Shown piece by piece: positions 6,746 through 15,390 of a stretch of DNA of 41,162 bases. The notes below the pieces were generated by a model. That model was given only the letters and a program-made list of their open reading frames with translations. It was not told the DNA's origin and made no database searches. The position numbers and the translations under genes are program-made. How positions within the stretch are numbered: the stretch's first letter is position 1; the number at the start of each line of letters is the position of its first letter. Source of the DNA: Clostridia bacterium (lineage in GTDB: Bacteria; Bacillota; Clostridia; Christensenellales; Aristaeellaceae); NCBI GenBank assembly GCA_016295665.1, contig JAEDKS010000001.1:1-41162 (forward strand). The letters are read 5' to 3'.

Positions 6746-8209
6746 ATGAAGGAAATCACCAGCATGACCCTGACCGAGCTGTCGGAGGCGCTGCGCCGGG
6801 GCGAAGTGACCTCCCGTGAGGCCACCGAGGCCTATCTGGATCGCGTGGAGCGGGTGGAGCCGAAGGTGGGCGCCTATCTGACCGTGTGCCGGGAGGAGGC
6901 CCTGCGTCAGGCCGATGAGGCCGACGCGCTCCGCCGCAGCGGGCAGAAGGTGCACCCGCTCTGCGGTGTGCCCGTGGCGGTCAAGGACAACATCTGCACC
7001 CGGGGCATCCGGACGACCTGCGCCTCCAAAATGCTGGAGGACTTTGTGCCGCCCTATGACGCCTGCGCGTGGGAGAAGCTGCGGAGCGCCGGCTGCGTGC
7101 TGCTGGGCAAGACGAACCTGGATGAGTTCGCCATGGGCTCCACCACCGAGAACAGCGCGTTCCACGTCACGCACAACCCCTGGGGCCTGGATCGGGTGCC
7201 CGGCGGCTCCTCCGGCGGCAGCGCGGCCTGTGTCGCGGCGCGGGAGGCGCCCTTCTCCCTGGGCAGCGATACCGGCGGCTCCATCCGTCAGCCTGCGGCC
7301 TTCTGCGGCGTGGTGGGCATGAAGCCCACCTACGGCATGGTGAGCCGCTACGGACTGGTGGCCTTCGCCTCCTCCCTGGATCAGATCGGCCCCATGACCC
7401 ATACGGTGGAGGATAACGCCCTGGCGCTGGATGTCATCTGCGGCTATGACCGCCGGGACACCACCTCCGTCAAGCGCGGCTACACGCCCATGAACCGCCA
7501 GCTGAAGGACGGCGTGAAGGGCCTCAAAATCGGCCTGCCCCGGGAGATGTTTGCCGAGGGCCTGTCCGCGGAGGTGCGCGAGGCCGTGACCGGTGCCGCG
7601 AAGGCGCTGGAGAAGCAGGGCGCCATCATCCGGGAGGTCAGCATTCCCTCGCTGGAATACGCGCTGCCCGCCTACTATGTGCTGTCGAGCGCGGAGGCGT
7701 CCTCCAATCTGGCCCGCTTTGACGGCGTGCGCTACGGTCACCGGGCCGCAGAGTATGCCGATCTGGAGGAGCTGTATGTCAAGAGCCGCTCCGAGGGCTT
7801 CGGCGCGGAGGTGAAGCGCCGCATCCTGCTGGGCACCTACACCCTTTCTGCCGGCTACTTTGACGCCTACTACAAGAAGGCGCTGCAGGTGCGGACGCTG
7901 GTCATCCGGGACTTCGAGCGGGTGCTGCACGACTGCGACTGCCTGCTGGGCCCGGTGGCCCCCACCACGGCCTACAAGCTGGGGGAAAAGACCATGAGCC
8001 CCCTGGAAATGTATCTGGGCGACATCCATACGGTGCCGGTGAACATCGCGGGCATTCCCGCGCTGTCCATGCCCTGCGGGCTGGATCGGGCCGGGCTACC
8101 GGTGGGGCTTCAGCTGATGGGCGCCACCTTCTCCGAGCCGCTTCTGTACCGTGTGGGCTATGCGCTGGAGAAGGCGCTGGGTGAGGTCGTGAAGGAGGTG
8201 TCGCTGTAA
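6746..8209 (+). CDS. gatA: Asp/Glu-tRNA amidotransferase subunit A
   Basis: Amidase signature GGSSGGSAA, about 487 aa, and GAGGAGG 9 nt upstream of the ATG at 6746. Confidence 0.93.
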   Translation: MKEITSMTLTELSEALRRGEVTSREATEAYLDRVERVEPKVGAYLTVCREEALRQADEADALRRSGQKVHPLCGVPVAVKDNICTRGIRTTCASKMLEDFVPPYDACAWEKLRSAGCVLLGKTNLDEFAMGSTTENSAFHVTHNPWGLDRVPGGSSGGSAACVAAREAPFSLGSDTGGSIRQPAAFCGVVGMKPTYGMVSRYGLVAFASSLDQIGPMTHTVEDNALALDVICGYDRRDTTSVKRGYTPMNRQLKDGVKGLKIGLPREMFAEGLSAEVREAVTGAAKALEKQGAIIREVSIPSLEYALPAYYVLSSAEASSNLARFDGVRYGHRAAEYADLEELYVKSRSEGFGAEVKRRILLGTYTLSAGYFDAYYKKALQVRTLVIRDFERVLHDCDCLLGPVAPTTAYKLGEKTMSPLEMYLGDIHTVPVNIAGIPALSMPCGLDRAGLPVGLQLMGATFSEPLLYRVGYALEKALGEVVKEVSL

Positions 8210-9645
8210 TGGCGGAATGGCGTATGTTGGACGGGTACGAGATGGTCATCGGCCTGGAGGTACACGTCGAGCTGAAAACGAAAACCAAAATCTTCTGCTC
8301 CTGTCCCACCACCTTCGGTGCGGAGCCAAACACCCAGTGCTGCCCGGTGTGCATGGGCTTCCCGGGCACGCTGCCGGTGCTCAACGCCGAGGTGGTGCAC
8401 TACGCGGTGAAGGCCGGTCTCGCCACCGGCTGCACCATCAGCAAGTACAGCAAGCAGGATCGCAAGAACTACTTCTATCCCGACCTGCCCAAGGCCTATC
8501 AGATCAGCCAGTATGACCTGCCCCTGTGTCTGGCGGGCCACCTGACCATCGAGACCCCCAAGGGTAGCAAGGACATCGGCATCACCCGCATCCACATCGA
8601 GGAGGACGCGGGCAAGCTGGTGCACGACCCGGAGAAGGGCACGCTGATTGACTGCAACCGCTGCGGCGTACCGCTGATTGAGATCGTGTCCGAGCCGGAT
8701 ATCCGCACGCCCCAGGAGGCGGTGGCCTATCTGCAGAAGCTGAAGGCCGTCATCGCCTACACGGGCGTCAGCGACTGCAAGATGAACGAGGGCAGCCTGC
8801 GCTGCGACGTGAACCTGTCCATCCACAAGCCCGGCGAGCCCTTCGGCACCCGCACCGAGATGAAGAACCTGAACAGCTTCCAGAGCGTGCAGCGCGCCAT
8901 CGAGGAGGAGTACCGCCGTCAGGTGGAGGCCCTGCGCAAGGGCGAGACCATCGAGCAGGAGACCCGCCGCTTTGACCAGACCACCGGCAAGACCAGCTCC
9001 ATGCGCCGCAAGGAGAATGCCAACGACTACCGCTACTTCCCGGATCCTGACCTGGCGCCCATCGTGCTGCCGGAAGCAACGGTGAGGGCGTGGCGGGACG
9101 AGCTGCCGGTGCTGCCCGACGCCCGCAAGGCCGCGTACATGGAGCAGTATGGGCTGACCAGCTATGCCGCCGAGCAGCTGGTGAGCGAGAAGGCCTTCGC
9201 CGAGTACTTCGAGCAGGCGGCCCAGTCCACCCGTGCGCCTCGCACGCTGGCGAACCTGATGATCACCGAGGTGTTCCGTCTGCTGGAGGGCGAGAGCACC
9301 GCCATCCGCATCGCTCCGGCGCATCTGGCGCAGATTGCCACCATGCAGGAGGAGGGCGTCATCAACAGCGGCGCCGCGAAGAAGGCCGTCGCGGCCCTCT
9401 GGGAGCAGGACGAGGATCCCGTGGCCTACGTGGAGCGCAACGGGCTGCGTCAGCTCAATGACCCCGAGGCGCTGCGCAACGCGGTGCGTCAGGCCATCGC
9501 GGAGAACCCCGCCATGGTGGAGGGCTACCGCAAGGGCAAGCTGCCGCTGAAGAAGGCGCTGATGGGCGCCGCCATGCGGCTGACCGGCGGCATGGCGAAC
9601 CCCGTGCTGCTCCAGCAGCTGGTGGACGAGGAGCTGGACGGCTGA
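8209..9645 (+). CDS. gatB: Asp/Glu-tRNA amidotransferase subunit B
   Basis: Typical GatB sequence IGLEVHVELKTKTKIFCSC...NTQCCPVCMGFPGTLPVLN. TAATG overlaps the gatA stop, and GAAGGAGG is at 8191..8198. Confidence 0.93.
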   Translation: MAEWRMLDGYEMVIGLEVHVELKTKTKIFCSCPTTFGAEPNTQCCPVCMGFPGTLPVLNAEVVHYAVKAGLATGCTISKYSKQDRKNYFYPDLPKAYQISQYDLPLCLAGHLTIETPKGSKDIGITRIHIEEDAGKLVHDPEKGTLIDCNRCGVPLIEIVSEPDIRTPQEAVAYLQKLKAVIAYTGVSDCKMNEGSLRCDVNLSIHKPGEPFGTRTEMKNLNSFQSVQRAIEEEYRRQVEALRKGETIEQETRRFDQTTGKTSSMRRKENANDYRYFPDPDLAPIVLPEATVRAWRDELPVLPDARKAAYMEQYGLTSYAAEQLVSEKAFAEYFEQAAQSTRAPRTLANLMITEVFRLLEGESTAIRIAPAHLAQIATMQEEGVINSGAAKKAVAALWEQDEDPVAYVERNGLRQLNDPEALRNAVRQAIAENPAMVEGYRKGKLPLKKALMGAAMRLTGGMANPVLLQQLVDEELDG

Positions 9646-9696
9646 GAAAAGCGCCCCCGGGCGGCGCAGCCGGAAGAAAAAACATCGCGACATGTC

Positions 9697-9725
9697 TTTA
9701 CAGCGGGACGGCGATGTGCTATGAT
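9697..9725 (+). promoter_or_regulatory. Sigma-A-type promoter (TTTACA, 17 nt, TATGAT) for the pnuC leader
   Basis: TTTACA at 9697..9702, a 17-nt spacer, and TATGAT at 9720..9725. Confidence 0.55.
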
Positions 9726-9754
9726 ACCACCACTGCCACCGGGTAGGAATGCAC

Positions 9755-9810
9755 AGCATTCGTTTACACATCGTCAGGTCTTGGAAGATGTGTATGCGGA
9801 TGCTGTTTTT
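9755..9810 (+). terminator. Leader terminator upstream of pnuC (candidate attenuator or expression platform)
   Basis: AGCATTCG...ACACATC at 9755..9771 pairs with GATGTGT..CGGATGCT at 9787..9804 and is followed by GTTTTT. The upstream hairpin GAATGC-ACA-GCATTC (9747..9761) competes for the left arm. Confidence 0.6.
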
Positions 9811-9831
9811 CACGAAAGGAATGGAACGCAC

Positions 9832-10533
9832 ATGAATCCGCTCAGACGACTGCTTCGCTACTTCACCCGGGGAGAGCTCCTGCTGTGGGGCTCCTCCGTG
9901 CTGCTGATCTCGCTTGCCTTCTTTGCCTTCAACGGCGGGAGTCAGCTGACCCTCGTGGCCTCGCTGATCGGCGCGACGGCGCTGATTCTCTGCGCGAAGG
10001 GCAACCCGGCAGGACAGGCGCTGATCGTCGTGTTCAGCCTGCTCTACGGGGTCATCTCCTACGGCTTCGCCTACTACGGGGAGATGATCACCTACCTGGG
10101 CATGACGGCGCCCATGGCGATGCTGGCGCTCGTCTCCTGGCTGCGCAATCCCTATCAGGGGCGGCGGAGCGAGGTGCGGGTCAACCGCATCACCGGCAGG
10201 GAGACGGCGTTCATGCTGCTGCTGTCCGCGGTCGTGACCGGGGTCTTTTACCTGATCCTGCGCGCCTTCGGCACAGCGAACCTGCTGCCGAGCACCCTGT
10301 CGGTGACGACCAGCCTTCTGGCGGTTTACCTCACCTTCCGCCGGAGCCCCTACTACGCGCTGGCCTACGCGGCGAACGACCTGGTGCTGATCGTGCTGTG
10401 GGTGCTGGCGTCGATGACCAGCACGTTCTACCTCTCGGTGGCGGTGTGCTTCGTGATGTTCTTCGTCAACGACCTGTACGGGCTGGCGAGCTGGCTGCGG
10501 ATGGAGCGCAGGCAGCGGGATGCTGAATCGTAA
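9832..10533 (+). CDS. pnuC: PnuC-family nicotinamide riboside (or related vitamin) transporter
   Basis: 233 aa, about 7 TM segments, with PnuC-like motifs (CAKGNPAGQ, WLRNPY..., YALAYAANDLVLIVLW). The start at 9832 follows the terminator, so the in-frame extension to 9721 is rejected. Confidence 0.8.
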   Translation: MNPLRRLLRYFTRGELLLWGSSVLLISLAFFAFNGGSQLTLVASLIGATALILCAKGNPAGQALIVVFSLLYGVISYGFAYYGEMITYLGMTAPMAMLALVSWLRNPYQGRRSEVRVNRITGRETAFMLLLSAVVTGVFYLILRAFGTANLLPSTLSVTTSLLAVYLTFRRSPYYALAYAANDLVLIVLWVLASMTSTFYLSVAVCFVMFFVNDLYGLASWLRMERRQRDAES

Positions 10534-10559
10534 AATCCTGCGGCAGGCCCGGGAACGAA

Positions 10560-10588
10560 TTGCATTTCAGAGGGCAACGTGCTATAAT
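10560..10588 (+). promoter_or_regulatory. Sigma-A promoter (TTGCAT, 17 nt, TATAAT)
   Basis: TTGCAT at 10560..10565, a 17-nt spacer, and TATAAT at 10583..10588. Confidence 0.65.
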
Positions 10589-10594
10589 ATAGAC

Positions 10595-10742
10595 TGTTAT
10601 TCTGTAACCAGACGGAAGGAGTGTGGGGAATCATGGATCAGCCTCCCAGTTGCTGTTGCGGCAGTTCGTGCGTTCCGCACACCCTCCGTCGTGACGACCT
10701 GCCCGGAAAACGGGCAGAAGCTGAAAGGATTGTCTGATTTTC
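10595..10742 (+). promoter_or_regulatory. Structured 5' leader of the CNNM/CorC gene containing a 34-codon Cys-rich uORF (10633..10737)
   Basis: A long-range helix pairs GACGGA..GG.GTGTG..GG (10611..10628) with CC.CACAC.CC.TCCGTC (10675..10690). A hairpin CTGCCCG-GAAAA-CGGGCAG is at 10699..10717. The uORF encodes MDQPPSCCCGSSCVPHTLRRDDLPGKRAEAERIV and has AAGGAG upstream. Confidence 0.45.
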
Positions 10743-12005
10743 ATGACACCTGCCATGTGGATCATGGTGGCAGCCCTCGCCGTGTGCGTGGCGCTGTCCG
10801 CGTTCTTTTCCTGTTCTGAGACGGCCTATTCCGCGGTCAACAAGGTCAAGCTGAAGACCCTGCAGCAGGACGGCAAGACAAGAGCCGCCGCGGCGCTGGA
10901 GCTGGCCGAGCAGTATGACCGGCTGCTGACCACCATTCTGGTGGGCAACAACGTGGTGAACATCGCCGGCACCTCGATTGCCACGGTGCTGTTCACCGGC
11001 CTTGCGGGCAGCATGGGCGCGACGCTCTCCACTGTGGTGATGACGCTGCTGATTCTGCTCTTTGGCGAGGTATCGCCCAAAACGCTGGCGAAGGAATCCC
11101 CGGAGACCATCGCCATGGCGGTGGCGGGCCCGCTGAAGCTGCTCATGAAGCTGCTCGGGCCCGTGAACGCCCTGTTCGCCCTGTGGCGGCGTTTGATGAC
11201 CAGGGTGTTCAAGCCGAAGGAGGGCGAGAGCCACATCGAGGCCGAGCTGATGAACATGGTGGACGAGGCGCAGTCCGAGGGCGACATGGACGCCCACGAG
11301 GGCGAGCTGATTCGCTCCGCCATCGAGTTCAACGACCAGGACGTGCTGGCGATCATGACCCCCCGCGTGGACGTGACCGCGCTGGAGGACACCGCCACCA
11401 TGGAGGAGGCGGCAGACCTGTTTCGGGACACGGCCTATTCCCGCGTGCCGGTGTACCACGAGGACATCGACCATGTGGTGGGCATCCTCAACGAGAAGGA
11501 CTTCTACGTGGCCCAGCATGAGGGCGTGACGGACATCGGGCAGATCATGCAGCCGCCCGTCTACGCGCCCAGTACGCTGATGGTCTCCAAGCTGCTCAAG
11601 CTGTTCCAGTCCACCAAGACCCACATCGTGGTGGTGCTGGATGAGTTCGGCGGCACGGAGGGCATCGTGACCATGGAGGACGTGCTGGAGGAGCTGGTGG
11701 GCGAGATCTATGACGAGCACGACGATGTGAATCAGGAGCTCATCACCCGCGAGGACGGCTCCATGCTGGTGGACGGCGGCATGCAGCTGAGCGAGCTGCT
11801 GGAGCAGCTCGGTCTGGAGGATCCCTACGAGGCCGAGACCGTGGGTGGCTGGGCCGGCGAGGTGCTGGGGCGCATTCCCAGCGTTGGTGCCACCTTCGAG
11901 GTACCCGGTCTGCAGGGCACGGTCATCAGCATGGATAAGCGCCGCGTGACCTGCGTGCGCATCTGCCGCACGGAGCAGGCGGCGGAGAAGGAAGAGGACA
12001 AATAA
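10743..12005 (+). CDS. CNNM/DUF21-CBS-CorC_HlyC family transporter (hemolysin-C/CorC-like, putative Mg/Co efflux)
   Basis: N-terminal DUF21 TM domain (SAFFSCSETAY...VGNNVVNI), a CBS pair (IMTPRVDV..., HIVVVLDEFGGTEGIVTMEDVLEELVGEI), and a C-terminal CorC_HlyC-like domain. Confidence 0.88.
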   Translation: MTPAMWIMVAALAVCVALSAFFSCSETAYSAVNKVKLKTLQQDGKTRAAAALELAEQYDRLLTTILVGNNVVNIAGTSIATVLFTGLAGSMGATLSTVVMTLLILLFGEVSPKTLAKESPETIAMAVAGPLKLLMKLLGPVNALFALWRRLMTRVFKPKEGESHIEAELMNMVDEAQSEGDMDAHEGELIRSAIEFNDQDVLAIMTPRVDVTALEDTATMEEAADLFRDTAYSRVPVYHEDIDHVVGILNEKDFYVAQHEGVTDIGQIMQPPVYAPSTLMVSKLLKLFQSTKTHIVVVLDEFGGTEGIVTMEDVLEELVGEIYDEHDDVNQELITREDGSMLVDGGMQLSELLEQLGLEDPYEAETVGGWAGEVLGRIPSVGATFEVPGLQGTVISMDKRRVTCVRICRTEQAAEKEEDK

Positions 12006-12046
12006 AACGCGCGCCGGTCGAAAGGCCGGCCGCAGGAGGCGAGAGC

Positions 12047-12166
12047 ATGACGACGAAGAAGAAGCAGGACAGAAAGCAGCTCATGACCCGTGTGGTCTGT
12101 CTGGCGCTGGCGGCGGTGATGGTGCTGACCACCCTGGTGGCGGCGATCCTGTCGCAGATCTGGTAA
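12047..12166 (+). CDS. Small membrane protein (39 aa; basic N-terminus plus one TM), not in the ORF track
   Basis: AGGAGG lies 6-7 nt upstream of the ATG at 12047. The product is MTTKKKQDRKQLMTRVVCLALAAVMVLTTLVAAILSQIW. Third-position G/C bias matches the neighbours. Confidence 0.5.
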   Translation: MTTKKKQDRKQLMTRVVCLALAAVMVLTTLVAAILSQIW

Positions 12167-12214
12167 GCCCGGCGGAAACGAAGGATGCGGCCTGAGGGAA
12201 GGAGGTGGACAGAT

Positions 12215-13540
12215 ATGGCGAAGCGCCGGAAGCACCGCGGCTTGTCCGTTGGCACCCTGGTGATGCTTGCGGTGACGGCGGTGGTGCTGGGCGGTATGCT
12301 GCACGTCCTTGGAAGGCTCAACGGATCCACCCGCGTGACCATCGACACGGGCAAGGTGCTGGAGGCGCTGAACCTGACGGGCGGCGTGGAGCTGACCTTC
12401 AGCGAGATTCCGCTGTATATGTCCACCGCCGCGCCCACGGAGCCGCCGCAGGCACAGGGGCAGGCGCTGCTCCCGACCCCTGCGCCCACCGCGACACCTG
12501 CGCCCACCGCCACGCCCTTTGCCGGCGGCACGTTGTCCATGACCTTCGGCGGCAGCGTCTGCGTGGAAACCGGCGTGCGGCAGAGCGGCTACTACAGCGA
12601 CTCCCAAAAGTACGACCTGGACGAGGTGCTTGACCTGGTCGCCAACGAGATGACCGGCGACGTGTGCCTGGTCACGCTGGAGAATCTGGTGTACGAGGCG
12701 GGCAAGGTCTCCGATCTGGTGGCGCCCCCGGCGGCGCTGCAGATGCTCCGGAGCGCCGGCATCAACGCGGTGGCCCTCGGCTTTTCCCATACGCTGGACA
12801 AGGGCACGGATCCCCTGACGGAGACGGTGAACACCGCGAAGGACAAGGGCCTGCGGGTGATCGGTGCCTACAGCCAGGAGGCGGAGAGCGCCGTCTCTGC
12901 GCAGATGGTGGAGGCGGGCGGCGTCCGGGTGGCGCTGCTGCACTACACGGACAACCTGAGCAGCACCGCACTGCGGAAGATCAGCGATCAGCCGTGGATG
13001 GTGCCCACCACGGCCTCGGCGGCGGAGGACATCGCCCGGGCCCGCCAGATGGGCGCGGACGTGGTGGTGGTCAGCCTGCACTGGGGCAAGAGCGGCACAG
13101 CCAGCGTGAGCAAGGCGCAGCGGACGCTGGCCCAGCAGCTGGCAGATGCCGGCGCTGACGTGATCGTGGGCGCGGGCAGCCGCATCGTGCAGAGCGCCGA
13201 ATGGCTGACGCGGGCGGACGGCGGGCAGACGCTGTGCTGCTACAGCCTCGGAACCCTCGTCAGCGACAGCCGCACCGATGCCGGGGTCGCCGGCATGCTG
13301 CTGCAGCTGACCCTGCGGGTGGACAGCGAGCGGCGTGTGTCCTTCCTGCGCACGGAGTACACGCCCACCTACGTCTGGCGCTACAAGCAGGACGGCAGCT
13401 ATCATTACCGGGTGGTCGCCAGCGACCTGCCAGCGCCGGAGGGCATGGACGATGCCCAGAACACGAGCAAGGAGCGGGCAGCGGTCAACACGGCAAAGTA
13501 TCTGGGCGCGGACGCCCCGCTGACGGTGCGCGTCCGCTGA
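12215..13540 (+). CDS. CapA-family (PGA_cap metallophosphatase-like) membrane-anchored protein
   Basis: GAAGGAGG is upstream of the ATG at 12215. It has an N-terminal TM, a Pro/Thr/Ala linker, then CapA-like blocks (LSMTFGGSV..., VTLENLV..., INAVALGFSHTLD, VVVVSLHWGKS, GADVIVGAGSR). Confidence 0.8.
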   Translation: MAKRRKHRGLSVGTLVMLAVTAVVLGGMLHVLGRLNGSTRVTIDTGKVLEALNLTGGVELTFSEIPLYMSTAAPTEPPQAQGQALLPTPAPTATPAPTATPFAGGTLSMTFGGSVCVETGVRQSGYYSDSQKYDLDEVLDLVANEMTGDVCLVTLENLVYEAGKVSDLVAPPAALQMLRSAGINAVALGFSHTLDKGTDPLTETVNTAKDKGLRVIGAYSQEAESAVSAQMVEAGGVRVALLHYTDNLSSTALRKISDQPWMVPTTASAAEDIARARQMGADVVVVSLHWGKSGTASVSKAQRTLAQQLADAGADVIVGAGSRIVQSAEWLTRADGGQTLCCYSLGTLVSDSRTDAGVAGMLLQLTLRVDSERRVSFLRTEYTPTYVWRYKQDGSYHYRVVASDLPAPEGMDDAQNTSKERAAVNTAKYLGADAPLTVRVR

Positions 13541-13580
13541 GCATTCCCTCACGCGGCAACAGGGACAGGAGGAAGGACGG

Positions 13581-15308
13581 ATGGACGAATCCAAGACCCG
13601 GGCGGAGCGGATCGCCCTGAAGACCCGGCGGAAGCAGCGCATGGTGCGCGTCGCCATGGGTCAGGAAAAGGCTGACCTGGTGCTGAAGAACGCCACCTAT
13701 GTCAACGTGTTCTCCGAGGAGCTGTGCCGGGGAGACATCGCCGTGGTGGGCGGGCTGGTGGTCGGCATGGGCGAATACAGCGGTCTGCAGGAGGTTGATG
13801 TCTCCGGGAGGATCGTGGCGCCCGGCTTTCTGGATGCTCACATTCACCTGGAGTCCTCACTGGTCTCGCCCTACAGCTTTGCCCGGGCGGTGGTACCCCA
13901 CGGCACCACCACCGTCATCACCGATCCCCACGAGATTGCCAACGTCTGCGGCGTGGGCGGCATCGACTACATGATGAGCGCCTCGGAGGGGCTGCCGGTG
14001 GATGTGCACTTCATGCTGCCCTCCTGCGTGCCCGCCATGCCCTTCGACGAGAACGGCGAGCGCCTGACGTGGCGGGACATCAACGCCTACTTTGACCACC
14101 CCCGGGTGCTCGGTCTGGCGGAGATGATGAACTACCCGGGCATCATCAGCGGTGACCGCACCACCATCGAGAAGATCGTGGTGTCGCAGGCGCACCACAA
14201 GAAGATCGACGGTCACGCGCCCGGGCTCTCGGGGCATGCGCTGGATGCCTACATCTCCGCGGGCGTGTACTCCGACCACGAGTGCGACAGCTTTGAGAAC
14301 GCCCTGGAGAAGCTGCGCAAGGGTCAGTTCATCATGATTCGAGAGGGCACCGCCGCCCAGAATCTGGAGGCGCTTATGCCGCTGCTGACCCCGCGCTACG
14401 CCTCCCGATGCATGTTCTGCACCGACGATAAGCACCCCTATGACCTGCTGCACCGGGGGCACATCGACGCAATCGTTCGCAAAGCCATCCGCCTGGGTGC
14501 CGACCCCATTCTGACGATCAAGGTCGCCAGCCACAACGCGGCCCGCTACTTCCTGTTGAACAACAAGGGCGCCATCGCGCCGGGCTATCTGGCGGACTTC
14601 GCGGTGCTGGACGATCTGGAGCGCGTGAACGTCCAAATGGTGTTCAAGCGCGGCGTGTGCGTCTATGACGGGCGGACGGTGCAGGCGCGGGAGCCGGAGA
14701 TTGATCCCGACATCCTCTCGGTCGTGTCGGACACCTTCCACCTGCCGGAGCTGACGCCGTCCCGCCTCCGCGCCGGGGAGACGATGCCGCTCATGGGCCT
14801 GATTCCCAAGTCCATCGTGACCCGGAACCTGGGCACGGCGTCGGGGGTCAATCCGGCGGAGGACATTCTGAAGCTGGTGGTCTGCGAGCGCCACCACAGC
14901 ACCGGTCATGTGGGCGTTTGCTACGTGAAGGGCTACGGGCTGAAGCGGGGTGCGATTGCCGCGTCCATCGCCCATGACAGCCACAACATCATCGCCTGCG
15001 GTGTCACGGACGAGGACATCTGCGCGGCGGTGAATCGCATCCGTGCCCTGCGGGGCGGCATCACCGTGGCGGATGGCGGTCAGGTGGTGGCGGAGCTGCC
15101 GCTGCCGGTGGGCGGTCTGTTCACCAACGAGCCGCTGGAAAAGGTGAATGAGCAGCTGGAAAACTGCAAGCGCCGCGCTTATGACATGGGCGTGACCGAG
15201 GGGGTCGATCCCTTCATGACCATGAGCTTCACGAGCCTGTGCGTCATTCCGAGCCTGCGGCTGACCACGCAGGGCGTGTTCGATGTGGATGGGCTCACCT
15301 TCCTGTGA
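13581..15308 (+). CDS. ade: Adenine deaminase
   Basis: 575 aa. Contains the amidohydrolase motif PGFLDAHIHLESS, plus HGTTTVITDPHEIANV and SIAHDSHNIIACG, which are typical of Ade. Confidence 0.9.
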   Translation: MDESKTRAERIALKTRRKQRMVRVAMGQEKADLVLKNATYVNVFSEELCRGDIAVVGGLVVGMGEYSGLQEVDVSGRIVAPGFLDAHIHLESSLVSPYSFARAVVPHGTTTVITDPHEIANVCGVGGIDYMMSASEGLPVDVHFMLPSCVPAMPFDENGERLTWRDINAYFDHPRVLGLAEMMNYPGIISGDRTTIEKIVVSQAHHKKIDGHAPGLSGHALDAYISAGVYSDHECDSFENALEKLRKGQFIMIREGTAAQNLEALMPLLTPRYASRCMFCTDDKHPYDLLHRGHIDAIVRKAIRLGADPILTIKVASHNAARYFLLNNKGAIAPGYLADFAVLDDLERVNVQMVFKRGVCVYDGRTVQAREPEIDPDILSVVSDTFHLPELTPSRLRAGETMPLMGLIPKSIVTRNLGTASGVNPAEDILKLVVCERHHSTGHVGVCYVKGYGLKRGAIAASIAHDSHNIIACGVTDEDICAAVNRIRALRGGITVADGGQVVAELPLPVGGLFTNEPLEKVNEQLENCKRRAYDMGVTEGVDPFMTMSFTSLCVIPSLRLTTQGVFDVDGLTFL

Positions 15309-15333
15309 GACCGGGTGCGATGAACCACAAAAT

Positions 15334-15365
15334 GGGCTGCGGCAGACGGCTTGTCTGCGCAGCCC
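15334..15365. terminator. Bidirectional terminator hairpin between ade and the mreB-like gene
   Basis: GGGCTGCGGCAGAC pairs with GTCTGCGCAGCCC with one bulge. It is flanked by AAAA on the left and TTT on the right, between convergent genes. Confidence 0.65.
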
Positions 15366-15390
15366 TTTCGTGAAGCGGCCTCTGGAAGGC

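Noticed and set aside
9721-9831. In-frame 37-codon extension of pnuC back to the ATG at 9721
   Set aside because: That ATG sits inside the predicted -10 box, so the extension would be translated through the leader terminator. The start at 9832 gives a typical PnuC N-terminus.
10520-10819. 99-aa ORF spanning the pnuC end, the leader and the start of the CNNM gene
   Set aside because: It crosses a promoter and overlaps two real genes in other frames. It has no ribosome-binding site, and its composition is not protein-like.
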